Of a DNA stretch of 64,000 nucleotides, positions 14,333 to 28,539 are shown one piece after another. Under the pieces are notes generated by a model that was not told the origin of the DNA, made no database searches, and saw only the letters and a program-made list of their open reading frames with translations. The stretch spans positions 24,490,001 to 24,554,000 of the forward strand of contig NC_043005.1 in assembly GCF_006345805.1 (NCBI RefSeq), read 5' to 3'. This DNA comes from Octopus sinensis (taxonomy: Eukaryota). A program made the position numbers and the translations under genes. Position 1 is the stretch's first letter; each line of letters opens with the position of its first letter.

Positions 14333-14918
14333 CCATTATTATTATTACTATTATTATTATTATTGCTGTTGTTGTTATTGTTGTTGTTTTCATTAGTTTA
14401 CTCATTATATTCTCTATAGACAACTTAATTCTTTTCAGTTGGAATATTATTTTCAATAGCCTTCTTTTAAAAAAGTTCCCCTCAGCATTTCCGGTTAATT
14501 TAGAGTTTATCTATTCTCCTTACTTGCTTATTCTGCAAACCATCCACAATCTATCTATATATCAGGCTAAGTTTTTACTTATAACCTTTGTATTCTTTTA
14601 TAATCTAGCATTCAATTTATAAGCAGTGACTTCCTGAACAGTGAAAGGTAGTATTGAGTCACTGGCGAAATCCCAACAAATGTTTGAAACATGTTCGACT
14701 GAAACCTCGGTTTCTGTATCTATTGATATCGTGTTTAAGGACACCTTGTTTACATCTTTCGGTATATACATTGTTAGCTGTATGAGTATGTGTGTGTGTA
14801 ATAGACAGCCGCTTTTCTTTAAACCATTTTACATTGAAAACCCAATTCTACTCGAGTTTTATCTTTTTCCATTAAAAATCTTTCATAGTCCCTTATTTAT
14901 CCTCTCTTTCTCTCTCTT

Positions 14919-14967
<49 letters not shown>

Positions 14968-15191
14968 ATAATTATAACCTTCCTAAATTCATTAGTCAGG
15001 AAAATTGAGGCTTACGCCTACGCGCGCGCACACACATACAGACTCACATGCACACATACGTATATACGTACATACATATATATGTATACCTCTGTATATA
15101 AAACTGAAAATATGTGTCTGTCTGTCTGTGTGTCTATATACGCATATATATATATGTGTGTGTATGTGTGTATTATGTATATATATATGTA

Positions 15192-15226
<35 letters not shown>

Positions 15227-15361
15227 GGCACGGGCGTGGCAGTGTGCTAAGAAGTTTGCTTCTCAACCATACGGTTCCGGCTTCAGTCCCACTGCGTGGC
15301 ACCGTGGGCAAGTGTCATCGATTATAGCCTTGGGTCGACCAAAGCCTTGTGAGTGGATTTG
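15227..15361 (+). mobile_element. tRNA-SINE family A head
   Basis: ggcacgggcgtggcagtgtg...ttcagtcccactgcgtggcacc. Confidence 0.85.
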
Positions 15362-15760
15362 TCCAGCTTCTTTACCTTACCGATTTGTTTCAAAGGGTCC
15401 AATACAGTTGGAATCGAAACGTCACACCTTGCTGTTAACTCACGCGTAGTTTGAGATGTATCCGCTTCCACTACAGTTTCCAGCTCATCAATTCTCGATT
15501 TGGTCTTAGGTCCACCACGCGGCTGATTTTCAAGAGCAAAGACACCAGACCGAAACTTCTCAAACCATCGACGTACAGCGCGCTCATTCGCCACATCTTC
15601 ACCAAATACCTCGATACATTAATGTTTCGAGCTGTCTGGGGTGCATTCCACGACGTAACTCATATTCATAAACAATACGAATTTTTTCACAAAAGTTGAT
15701 TTACAAGAGAAAACTCACAATATATAACCAGACACCATGAATTGCATTTCGAAAAGTGAT
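15362..15760 (-). mobile_element. Mariner transposase N-terminal relic
   Basis: ANERAVRRWFEKFRSG..LENQPRGGP...DELETVVEADTSQTTREL. Confidence 0.85.
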
Positions 15761-15829
15761 GATGTAACTCTTCAATGTTGTAAAACAAAGAATTGTCAGG
15801 GGAAAACATTAGAGTTAACGACTGTTAAA

Positions 15830-16710
15830 ATTGGTGCATAAGAAAATTGGACATTTCATTCTTAATGACCTGATATAAAGGGATTTTAAACTTCCTGTTT
15901 TGTGAAGGTAGAGTTTGCTTTAGTGTTTGTTTATAAAATTTCTTCAAATAATATGCTAAATTTGGGTTGAACATTAGGATGCGGTGTGGTTCATTTGTAC
16001 ACAGTTGGTAGAGTTTGTTATTACCTTGATATGGTTGTGTGTGAGAAAGAGTATTTTTCACTTGATGCTAAATGGAGTGATTTTTAAAAAATTTAACGTA
16101 TCATATTTTCCTGTTTGTGTTGCGAAAAGTGTGTACTAGTTGTTCTGTGCTTTGAACTAATTCGCTGTTGATGATATAGCAGTTGGTGCCATGTGGTTAC
16201 CATTGCACTATATACGATATTTCTTGAGACTTGGTTAGTTTCCTTCTAGAGAGCAAGATGAAAGTGTTCTGCAATTGCAATTGCAAATGTGCTTGAGGTT
16301 GAGGTTTTCAATTTTAGATAATTTTAGTGGTTGTAGAGGACTACTACCAAAGTTGTTCGAAGTGAAGTATGGCCATTTTACATTGTTTGTTTATTAGTTT
16401 GTAATATTTGTGTTGGGTTGGAAGTGTCTTTGCAGTATTTTGAAAAATAATTTAGTTATTTGTGTAGAGACTTGTATGTTGAAGGAAGAATTATTCCAGA
16501 TAATTTTCATTTTCTATTCTTACGTATTTTATTTATTGTGTGCGTTGGGGGTTGTTTGAATATTGTACTTTACTTTTGTAACCGCTATTAGTGAGAGCTT
16601 CGTTGACATTTTGTGTAGCCTTTTTTTTCATCTGAAGATGAACAGGAAATGTTTTTACTAGGTTTTTGATAATGCTTTCGGTGTGGTTGGATTTGACCTT
16701 TACATTTCCA
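15830..16710 (-). mobile_element. Degraded Penelope-like element (RT end + GIY-YIG)
   Basis: KSNHTESIIKNL, KIIWNNSSFN, CNCRTLSSCSLEG, NIVYSAMVT remnants. Confidence 0.7.
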
Positions 16711-16930
16711 AAGCAACAGGATTAAATATAATAATACCAACATCAATAAAAATACGGTCACACCTCGTGCCTACCTAATGTATTGCATACACATGCGCGC
16801 ACATATATGCGAATATAACAATATATGTGTTTATATATAAATATATGAACACACGTCAAGCTATGCGCGCGTGTGTGAACATAACAATATATATATTCAT
16901 TTATATAGATATATGTACACACATCTATAT

Positions 16931-16980
<50 letters not shown>

Positions 16981-17110
16981 GGTCCCGGGTTGAGTCGGGG
17001 TAACCACAGTAAATAAGGTACTCAATACATGGCAGAGTAAATTAATTTATTTTATAGAAGGAGCTTCTACAGGACTAAGCTCCTTCTATAAAATAAATAA
17101 ATAAATATAT

Positions 17111-17166
<56 letters not shown>

Positions 17167-17417
17167 TAGAGGTTAGACAACCATCTAAGGGATAATAAAC
17201 ATCCAATATACTACTGGAGGAATACCTATTTATATTCAAAGGTTTACTGTTGCAAGGCAATTGAATAATTAGTTCAAGTGGAGTTAAACAAAAGTTTAGC
17301 CAGAATTTATATAAGGCAAGGAAGAAAACAGAGAAGAGATTCAATTGAGAAACATCAGTAAGATTTATTTACTGTCAATTAAATCTCTTCTCCATTTTCT
17401 TCATTGCCTTATATATG

Positions 17418-17518
<101 letters not shown>

Positions 17519-17758
17519 ATATATCGATATTAATAATACAATAATTGTTTCTTGTCAGGAACAAAAAGATTAATAGGACTACTATAGAAGTGCTCTATTG
17601 GAAGAGACAAAAATGGCCATAGGGATAAGTAAACATGATTTCCTTCTTATCTATAAGGCTTAATTTACCTGAATTATTTATTTAATAAGATTTCTAAACG
17701 ATGAACCTTATTTTACTTTATTTACATGATATATATTATATATTTTTTAATATGCTCC

Positions 17759-17791
<33 letters not shown>

Positions 17792-18123
17792 GTTTTATAT
17801 ATTTTTATATACCTATATTTTTATATACCTATATATTTTTTATATATTACTTATATTATATTTTACTTTCTACGTCTTTTTATAAATGTATTTTCTCTGA
17901 ATCGCTAAAATATTAAATCTAAATTTTTAACGATAAGAATTTTTCTCGCACCATATTATTATTATTATGTGCTATACAGATGAATTTTGTTCCATCTTGC
18001 GGGTTATATGTTTATTCTATAATTAAATGTTCGAATTATGAAATGATATGCGGATGACCTTGCATTTGTTTGTTCAATGATTTTAGTTTGATATATATAT
18101 GTATATATATATATATATATATG

Positions 18124-19401
18124 TACATCAGGTGAAGTAAAAAATAGTCTACACTTTCGACAAATCTTCATTGAGGTTGGCCGCACTATCTTCAGCGCTC
18201 GCATGCTAAAAAATGGAACTCTTGTGATTACATAACCGAAGTTTTACCTAGATCGCTCCAGTTTTCTTACTAGTGTTAAACATAGTCGCTCTGCTGGAAG
18301 TGTACTCCTCAGAAGAACATAGATCAGTGATGCGAATAGGCTAAATGTGTGTGAGTCACTGAAATTCATTGCAGAATTATAGTACAATACGGTGATGGCG
18401 GTCTACCATGTAGAAGTGTGTTGGAGCGGATCGAAATGTTTATAAATGGCCGGGCAAACGAGAAGCACATAGAGAGAGCAGGGATGTCCATCAACCTCCA
18501 TCACTGACATGAAGATTCAGCAAGCTCGATAGATAGTGCAAGTGAACCGATGGTCACCTCGATGAGGTGGAGTGTTCTCTGCAAATAGTCATAGTTCGGC
18601 ATACGAAACCATACAGGACAAGCTTCGCTTTCGTAAGATATGTGCGGGAAGGTTGCCAAGAGAGCGCATTGGAGTGTATAAGCACAAACGTGTGGAAATC
18701 TATCAACGCTTACTTGACAACTACGAATATGAAGGGGAAGCGTTTTTGGAGAGAATAGTTACAGGAGATGAGAGAGGGTCCATCACTTTCAACCAGAATA
18801 CAAAGATCAGAGTACGGAATGAAAACGTAAGGAATCGCTAGCGAAATAGAAATTCATGAATCAACCTTCCGCTGGCAAAAAAAAAATGATGCTGACCGTT
18901 TTATGGGGCGGAAAATCCCATATGCTGGAAAATTATCTGGAAAAGAGGTTTACCGTCACCGGTGCAGGCTATAGTGAAATGGTGACCAACAAAATAAAGT
19001 CAACAATTTGTATCAAATGCCGAGATCTATAAGTGTTCTTGTTGCATGGCAATGCACGACCACATATGGCCGTCCACACTATTACAAAATGAAGTTTTGA
19101 GTTCCCGGAACACCATGCATAGACTCCAGATCTCGCCCCTTCCAGCTATAGTTTCTCTGGACCGCTCAAACATTCTTTACGAGAACATTGTTTTGCAACA
19201 GACTAAGATGCACAGGAAGCAGTGCATAAATGGCAGTGTGACCAGATGAAAAGCTTCTTTTCCGATGGAATAAGATTATGTACCACTAGAAGAAATGCAG
19301 CGAAAAGCAAGGCATCTATGTCAGAAAATGATATAATCGTTCAACACCTACTTTTGTTTTAATAAATTACAGAAACGTACAATTTTAGACTTACCATCGT
19401 A
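18124..19401 (+). mobile_element. Degraded near-full-length mariner element (about 1.3 kb)
   Basis: FLERIVTGDE, LHGNARPH and PDLAP remnants; degenerate TIRs; sits in TA repeats. Confidence 0.85.
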
Positions 19402-19479
19402 CATATATATACACCCATGCATACATACATACGTATATATATATGTATGTGTATATATGTATGTATATATATATATATC

Positions 19480-19511
<32 letters not shown>

Positions 19512-20819
19512 ATATGTATGTATGTATTATGTATGTATTATGTATGTATGTATGTATGTGTGTATGTGTGTATATATATATACGGATGTGTGTTAATACA
19601 AGCGTTTGAATATCCAACTATATGTATGTGTATATATGTGAGCGCGCGTGCGCGAGTATGTCGTTCCTTTAACTTTCAAATAATCTTTTTTCTATTATGG
19701 AAATTGGCAATTTTACTCGGATTTGCATTTCTGCAAAAATTTCATTTCAATGCATTTTTTCTTCTCTCAGATATACATTGAAAACGCCTAAGCATACATA
19801 CATACAAATAAAAACAAACACAAAACACACACACACACATATACACACATAAATATACATACATACATACATACATACATACATACATACATACATACAT
19901 ACATACATACATACATACGTATGTGTGTGTGTATTTTTCTATATTATTTCTACAATTCTAAAATGCGTCATTAAAGTTTCTTTTTATCTATTTATATGTT
20001 GATTCTGTTAAAGTAAATATCTGTTTATTTCAAATATTTGATTACTTTTCAGTGTCTATTAGTATTTCTTCAGCTTTTTTTGCAACTTGAATCGCTCTCT
20101 CTCTCTTTTTCGCTTTCTCGCACTCTCTCTCTCTCTCTCTCTCTCACTCTCACTCTTTTCGTATATACATATTTGCATTTATACATACATTATTTATGTA
20201 TGTATATATACCTGCATATACTCATATATATACATGAATATACGCATATATGTATATATACATGTATATAATCCATACATGCATTTAGACATATTTACAT
20301 ATATCTGTACATTATGTGTGCGTATATGTATGTATATGTGTATATATACATATACACATATATGTTGTTACACCTTTATTATTCCGAGTTTCGCGAATTT
20401 TCGCTGATACAGCAACCAAGTTATTAGGAAGTGTGTGTAGGCGCACTTCCTAATCACACCCGCAAACCCACCCACACACACATACACACATCTACACCCA
20501 CATCCACATATACACACTCACACACACGCACACATACACTCACACATATACACATTCACACCCACATATGCACACACTTGCACACACACACACTCACACA
20601 CATGCACATCCAACCACACCCATACATGCGCAAATTCACACACACACACGCGCACACAATATTTATATCGCTGTCCAAAATCCAGAAAAATAGCGCATTC
20701 TCAAAAAACCATTTTGCCTATCAGACGTGCTGACCAGAAGGAGACAGAGATACAAACCTTGGTCAGTTTGGTGGTGAATAAAAAGAAAACTAAACGAAGG
20801 AAACGAGAAAAATTATAAG

Positions 20820-21404
20820 CTGTAATACCTCACCATATCGCGGTTCACATATCGCGCACTCAGTACATCGCGGATTTTTCTGGCTAATACAGGGAGTTCA
20901 AAAGTCTCTCCGCAGTAAATATTTTACTGCAAAATAAATATTTATAAGATGGTATAAGACTGCAAAAGAATATATTAAACTATACAAGACTTTACAAAAA
21001 TTTTATTAGAGGTGTTGAAAGTGTCGTCCTTCATTTTCAATACATAAGTTTTGAAAATGTTTTGAAATATATCTTGGAGAGTCTGACGCGGTATGGACCG
21101 TCTTTTAGCTCATTAACGGTTTTCGGGCGATTCTTGTACACTGATCCTTTACTTGCTCCGCAGAAAAAATGTCTGGAGGTGTTAAATCAGGTGATCTTGG
21201 TGGCCAGAGTGGCCTTCGAAATAATCCGTTCACCGAAAATTCACTGCGGAAAGACTTTTTGATCACCCTGTATATGTAAATTTATATCGCGGACTCCACA
21301 GTATATCGCGGGTTTCTGCAGCCGATATTCATATTTTTAGATTTTAATTATTTCTGTGAGAGGTTTTGGAACGTAACACCCGAGATAGTCGAGGGATTGC
21401 TGTA
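20820..21404. mobile_element. Tigger/pogo-like MITE hosting the element above
   Basis: atatcgcg repeats on both sides of the insert; end gagggattgctgta. A similar head is at 32390. Confidence 0.65.
20890..21270. mobile_element. Internally deleted Tc1/mariner element nested in a MITE
   Basis: About 28-bp TIRs caggg(a/t)g(t/a)tcaaaagtct(c/t)tccgcagt with TA on both sides. Minus strand WPPRSPDLTPPD. Confidence 0.85.
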
Positions 21405-21765
21405 ATGTAGATATGACCTGTGTCTGAGGAAAGCAAAGTGGGTTGACAATCAAAGCAAGACATAATAAAAACACGTTGCATTGCTAAAGAGAACGAAGGA
21501 CGAATGTGTGAAGCAGAGAAAAAATATTATGATATAACTATAAAGTAACAAAGGAAATACACATTCTTTTACTTGTTTCAGACTGCGGCCATGCTGGAGC
21601 ACCGACTTTCAATCGAACAAACCGACCCCATGACTTATTCTTTCTAAGCCATCTACTTATTCCATCGGTCTCTTTTGCGGGGACGTAAACACACCAACAT
21701 CGGTTGTCAAGCGATGTTTTTTTTTGGGGGGGGGGGGCAAACACAGACACAGACACACACACATG

Positions 21766-21811
<46 letters not shown>

Positions 21812-22000
21812 GGCACGTGGCTTAGTGGTTAGGGCATTCGGTTCACGATCGCAAGGTCGTGAGTTCAATTCCCGGCGACGCGTTGTGTCCCTGAACAAGA
21901 CACTTTATTTCACGTTGCTTCAGCCCATTCAGTTGGCAAAAATTGGTAGTACCTCTATTTCAAAGGGCCAGCCTTGTCACATTCTGTATCACGCTGAATC
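21812..22000 (+). mobile_element. tRNA-SINE family C
   Basis: ggcacgtggcttagtggttagg (A box)...gagttcaattccc (B box) followed by gtgtccctgaacaagacact. Confidence 0.8.
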
Positions 22001-24210
22001 TGTGTGTCTTCTAGGATCTCGGGCATCCTCTATCCGATTGCGCTCAAATTTGATGTGTAAATACCGACGGTATCAGGGCGTGTACAAGTCTTGAAAAAAT
22101 TACAAAAATCGATTTCAAGTGAGAATGCGATCGATAAAGCCGTGAGAACGTGCATTTGTAAAGTCTATCTCTATTTCTTCTTTTGCTGGTGTCTCAAATT
22201 TAGGTTAAATGAGTGTTTCTCAAAGGGGAGACCTATGGGACGATCGGACAATTTGATTTGAGAAAATTTGCTTTAAATGTTTGATAACTCAACACCGTCC
22301 ATTGGACGGGGGACGTTTTGCTCTTATATATATATGAATGAGAAAAGAAGAAAGTGGAGAAATTGACATGCATACTGCAGTTTATTTAAAGATACTTAAG
22401 TCCATATAATAAAATTCCTGTCCTACAGCCATTTCCATATACAATTAGTTCAATTACTGAAATGAAATTGAAGTAAATTGATTTATCTTAAATTTCCATG
22501 TTGAAACTGGCATTTCATAAGGGAAGCATTTTCCAAAAGAGAGTTACATTTCAACGTGTTGGTTGACGTACGACAGACTCAGATTTGTGCATTTTAGAAT
22601 GTGTGCATTGCTTAAAAAAAAAACGTTATTTTCATATTATACATACATATAAACAAATACGTTTGATATATTTGTGCGCGTGCATATGTAATACTTATTG
22701 GTTTTTATTGGTGAAGGTGTGGTAGTTAGAACGAACTAGATGTTATAGGAAGAGAGAGAGATTAAAGCGAGTGAAAGAAAAAGATGGGTAGAGAGAGGGT
22801 AAGGGAGGGGAAGGTAACATTCAACAAGTAGTTGTGCGCGCGTTTCTTAAAATACTGAAGACAATGAGAAACATATGACGTATCAAAACTGCTGGCTAAT
22901 TACCATATAATGGTGTTGCATCATCAAATTTGTGTGTAAATCTACGGTCGATATAAACTTTGTAAACATAACGTAAAACTAGATATTACCAGATACCATT
23001 AATAGATCATTTATATTAAAACTAAGTACACTAAAGTTGCAATTATTATTAAGATATGTTTTATCTCAAATTTAGTTTCATAAATTATAAGAATTTCAAA
23101 CGATATATTTATGAGAAACGTGCTTAATTGAATCTATTGTAAAATGCTAATACATAGCCATGTATAGAAGACATAACGTTTATCTACACCATTTAATTGA
23201 AATATTACATTGTATCAAATTATATTATGCTATATTATATTATATATATTTTTCATGAATATTACAACCACTAACCATTTTTAACGCTTATCATCAATGA
23301 TGTTAATATATATTTAATGGTAGCTTTTAAGAGTCCATTTACATGCGTGAACACGTGAAAAAACAGTCTCTATTTTAACATTTAAGAGACGTTTCCTACA
23401 ATATATGATCAAAATTAATTCTTCTAGGCAGAGAAAGCAAAAGGAGTTTCCAGGCTTATAAGCAGTTACCTTAATTATAATCTTCCACTCAACTGAAAAA
23501 CTTTTTTTTCCTGTCTTTCAAGTCCCAAATAAATTTACTGATGCTTGTAGAAGAACTGTTCCTATTTATTAGAGGTGTAAATATGGTTAGACACGCGTTT
23601 TTTAACAAAATTTTGCATATCCTCTATGTAGAAGAAACTTTTACCCTCAGATATCACCTTACATCTGTAAACAACATTCTTTTGCTTACAATAAGTTTTA
23701 ACTTCTTCCCCAGCAACTTTTTTTAAGAAAACGTTTCATTTTCAAACGAATTTTATTGCCTTTTTTTATAGTTGAATATGTCATCTGATGTATCCAAGTA
23801 TCTAATAGAAGATTCATATTCATTGCCATCTTCTGAGATCGACATCTGCGAATAATTTGTAAAAAAAAATAAACAGAAGAAAGAACGAGAAATGCCGAGA
23901 ATTGACGTATAAACTCGTCTGTTGCTGCTTTTGAAATTATATGTTTTGGACGAGTTTACTCGTTGCATTCTAATAAAGACAAATTGGGTGAAGACAAGTT
24001 AACTCGTCTTTGCCGGGTAAGGGTTAAATAAACACTCACTTCTAACCCTGCAATCGCAAAAAGTATTTTCATTAGTACTCGTATTATTACTGTTTCACAT
24101 CATTACATTCATTATAATTGCTATTCGCCATTTTATTTATTTTCAAGAGGTTGGCATGGGATCTAACACGGGTTGTTGCCCCTTGTTTTCTCTTAAAAAC
24201 TACCATTTAA

Positions 24211-24432
24211 CCCATTAAGTCCCTGAGTACTTAAATTTCTGAATATTATTTTTAAATTTTTACAGTTGATTGAAAATAGGTTAAAATGAAAAAATAATAA
24301 TTTAAACTCCTTTACTTCGAGCAGAAATGGAAATACTCGCTGTCCTATAAATAGGAAACTGAGACAATGTGATATAGCTTATTTAATGCTTTCATTTAGT
24401 GTCCTATTTATAGGACAATAGGACTTAATGGG
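24211..24432. mobile_element. piggyBac-like MITE
   Basis: TTAA|CCCATTAAGTCC ... GGACTTAATGGG|TTAA with internal gtcctat..atagga palindromes. Confidence 0.88.
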
Positions 24433-24509
24433 TTAATATATAAAGCATCATTGAGGATAAGCGTTAAAAAATGGTTAGTAGTTGTAATATTCATGAAAAA
24501 TATATGATA

Positions 24510-24891
24510 CTAGCAGTATCGCCCGGCGTTGCTCAGGTTTGTAAGGGAAATAACTATAAAGCATTTTTAGAGAGTTATAGCCAAAAAATAGCAAAAAATG
24601 GAAAAAAATGATGGTAAATTTTTTTTAGAGTAAAAAAAGGTGGAGTTGCGTCCCCTAGACAGTTTGCGGTTTGTGTTTCTGATTCTCGACCCCATGTCGA
24701 ATTTATCGATTTTTTTCAGATCTGGGGGAACTTTTCAAAATTTTCGCTGCGTTAGTTTTGAATTATGACATTGGGCTATGTGTGTGTCAAGTTTCATCAG
24801 AATCGGTTGAAAGCCGTGGTCAGGGTGAGGGTACAAGCAAACAGACACACAGAAACACGCACAGACAAACTGCCGTTTATATAGAGAGAGA
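24510..24891 (-). mobile_element. Non-autonomous Helitron
   Basis: On the minus strand A|TC...hairpin (gagcaacgccggg)...CTAG|T with no TSD; it splits the foldback arm. Confidence 0.82.
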
Positions 24892-27800
24892 TAATTTAAT
24901 AGTATGATATAATTTAATATAATATAATATTTTAATTAAACGTGGCAATGTATTGGTATTTTACTATAGATTCAATTAAGTACGTTTCTCATGAATATAT
25001 CGTTTGAAATTCTTGTAATAATTTATGAAACTACATAATAATATCTAGTTTTTTGCTTTGTTCACAAAGTTTATATTGACCGTAGATTTACGCACAAATA
25101 TTGATGACGCAAGCACTCTTCAAGAACCAAAATGTTGAGGCTTGCATGTTATGTGCTAGATATTTTGAATTAAACTGTCCTTATTCGTGTTTTTTCGTAA
25201 GGATACTAACACTGCCTGACTCACAGAACTGGGTGTAATCTTAATCCGCTGTCAGATGCAGTAGACGTCTGACAGGACATCGGCGAACAAGTCTTGCATA
25301 TATAAGTAAAGCTCATAAGACAATTCGCCCAAGCGTATTTCGGACAGTCTGCTCTACACAACTGCTTAACACTAACTGCATCTCAATACAACCGCATGAA
25401 ACAACTTAACGTTGGTTGAATCAAAGCTGTAGTTAGCAGTTTTCCGCAGCGTTCTACATCTGCTGAGAGCCGAGGCAGGCTGTCGGCATAAACGCTGACC
25501 TCCACTACAACCTCTTGCCGAATGCCTGCCTCAAATATTTGAGTAAAGTGGTATAGGACGCCGCATCTACTTTCAATCGAGATTCATACGCCCTGCTTCG
25601 TCGAAGACTGAATTGTGATTTTGGTATCACTTCACGCCTCTGCTAACTGGACCTATTAAATGGCTTTCATTTCTTCGTACCATAGATTACTCTCCTTATC
25701 TCTTACAGTTCAATCTTCATGTTTTGCGTTAAAGAGATGGTTGATTACCTTTATCGCTTCTAGTTAGTTGAGCGAGACGCTTTGCCTAATTACCTCTTCT
25801 CACCTCTGATCAACTTTTCTCTATCACTACTGTGTGCTAAGCCTTATCGATTATTCTAGATCCTCTCTTTAAAATGTTCGATTACCAGTTGCTGGTGATT
25901 GCTTCATCAACCACTGCCTAATTTGTTAATTTGTTCTCTACGTGCACAAAGCGAGAAAATGAAAATGCAAAAATATCGATGTTAGTCCAAGACAAAACAA
26001 AAGAATAGAGCAATGAGAAAAGCTGAACAGATTTCATAAGGCGAGTGGCAGTGGGAGGGGGATAACAGAACGGAAGAGAGGGGAACATTGAGAAAGGAAA
26101 AATGTAGAACGGAGATGGAGAGGGAACCAAAGATCGAGTGAGTAGAAATAAAGAAATTGTGTGAGAGAGAGAGAGAGAAAAAACAGAAAGAAGAAAAAAA
26201 CAACAGGAGTCACAATGAATTAACAAAATCAAAAACCAAAAAGCACGAGCTGTGGTGAGAAACGTGATGTGTAAGTTGCAAGTAGATACAGGAAAGGATA
26301 CGAAAGAAGAACACGAATATATGAAGGGAACAACCAGAGAATTTTCCCTTCACCAGCTTTTGAATTTAAGGAACACGCAGTTTTAGGCGTCGACGATAAA
26401 ACTGCTTCTCATTAGACCATGCCATCAGAGCAAGAAGATTGATAAGGATTCATCCAGTGAAGAAGAAGCAAAAAGGGACAGAGGAAATATAGTTAACTAC
26501 TTCGCGGTGGACAGAGATAATAACAGAGAGGAAACAGGTAGATAAACTGCATAATTATATATTAAAATATATATTTTTTTTTATTTGGTTTCTACGAAGC
26601 ATTGAAAAATTTGCGAATGCGAACGAAGGCATAATTAACAATTCAAAGAAAATTCCCCTCAGAGGAGAAAATTAACCAGAATCCCCTACAGAACTCAGAA
26701 CATGGAGGTCCGCAGTGAGTGTCACTACACCATGAAAATCATGACAAGCTGAGAACACCTAAATTAAAAACTTTAACTGTACAAAAGAGGATTAAATTTG
26801 TTTTGGTTTGTTTGTTGTATAAAGAAATTTGAAAGAAGCTGCTGAAGTACAAATTAAAACGGGTAATACTTGTAATTTAAACAAAACAATCGCAGGTTGT
26901 AGCGGCTTTACTGCTGTCCAGTAATTGGCAGGAACGTGGTTCAATTTCCGTAGGTGGATCTGGTCATTTTTCTACCCAAGCCTTAGATCTAAACCTTAGG
27001 TTATAAGGGGTATTTTTAACCATTACATGACGAACTGTAATTTATAGTTTCATTCACAGTTGATGAGCTTCTTGAAAAGACTTTCAAATTTCTCGATGTT
27101 ACAAACAAACCAAATAAAATTTCTATATTTTCCCACTTGTACAGATAAAGTTTCTAATTCTAATGTTTGACCGTTGTATATGCGTCTATCAGTTTAAATT
27201 TGAGTATACATCTGCGTCCTGTACTTTTGTGTGCGTGTGTGTGCAAGTTTATTTTTATGTGTAAGCTGTCCATTACTAACTTTTTGTAATTTCTGAAATT
27301 AGCCGTTTTTATTTCGTTCTATTTTTCACTTTGATTTCTCAATTTTTTAAAAATCCATTTAAATTTTGTGTGAGTCTATAGATGTGTAAGCATACTAATG
27401 CAACCAGATACACACAGATACATCGTGCATACATACATACATACATACATACATACATACATACATACATACATACATACATACATACATACATACATAC
27501 ATACATACATACATACATACATACATACTTACATACATTCATACATAAATACATGTATACTATCTATCCATCGATCCATCCATCCCTCTATGAATATATA
27601 TATATATATATATTTCAAATTTACAGAAAACAAAAGGCAGGTGAGAAAACAACAGGTGTATTAGTTTGGCGCTCGGAAATAATGGAAAATTCTTTGACGG
27701 TTTGAACCTACGCTCTTCGACAGAAAGGATTGAGAGGGAAAATGGAGAAAGAACAAAAAAAAACATACGGAGCGAGGAAAATCGTGTAGGGATCAATGCT

Positions 27801-28539
27801 CCAACAATGACGAAATGACTGGAAGGATGAGGCTGAAGGGGAGTGAGTTTTTGTTGATTAAATATGGAGGTGTGTTACTGTTACGAATCCAGTTATACAC
27901 GCAGAACTTTGTTATCAGGTGTGTCTTTTTAGGCAAAGCATCTTCATGACTTGGGGATGATTTTTAGGGGTTCACTTAAGAACTTAGATTGGGAGAAAGG
28001 GTCGTTAGTATATGTATAACAATGTTTTGGTAGTTGCTAATGTTTTTAGGACACAAATAGGAGATTTAACTTGTTTTGGAAAGGAATGTGGAGGTTATAG
28101 TTCAGAGTTCAGTCCAGCATGTAATTAGCGTGTAATTCGTAAGTAGAAGTGTCAGTTTCAGATTACGGAGATTTTAAGGGTTCACAAGTTGGTCAGTAGA
28201 TTTTTTTACTAGTTGTAGGAATCATTTAGGAGCATAAATCTGTTTGTTATAGAAACAGAATCGCCACCAGGAGAATAGCTGTATGATTTCCTAAAAGACA
28301 GAAGTCAGATCGTTGTAGCCAACAGTACCCTCTCTGAAGAATAAATTTATCAATACTAAAGATGACAAATGTGAAGTCATTAGTGTTTGTAATAGTTCAG
28401 CTGGAGTTTTACTGATATGAAGATATAAAAAGTAGTTAAACGCTCCAGAGATATAAAACATCTTACAAAAGAACATTGATATTGAATACAGATGGTCAGA
28501 AGATAACCAGGAATAAAACTCTGTTAAGTTTTGAGTGTT

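Larger units (their letters stand above)
22912..25116. repeat. Large foldback with roughly 300-400-bp imperfect inverted arms (22912-23313 vs 24436-25116)
   Basis: e.g. gaatttcaaacgatatatttatgagaaacg versus the reverse complement at 24983-25012. The right arm is interrupted by a Helitron. Confidence 0.85.

Noticed and set aside
21812-21885. Possible tRNA gene
   Set aside because: No full acceptor-stem pairing and it continues into a SINE body; treated as a SINE head. The same applies to the other A/B-box heads.
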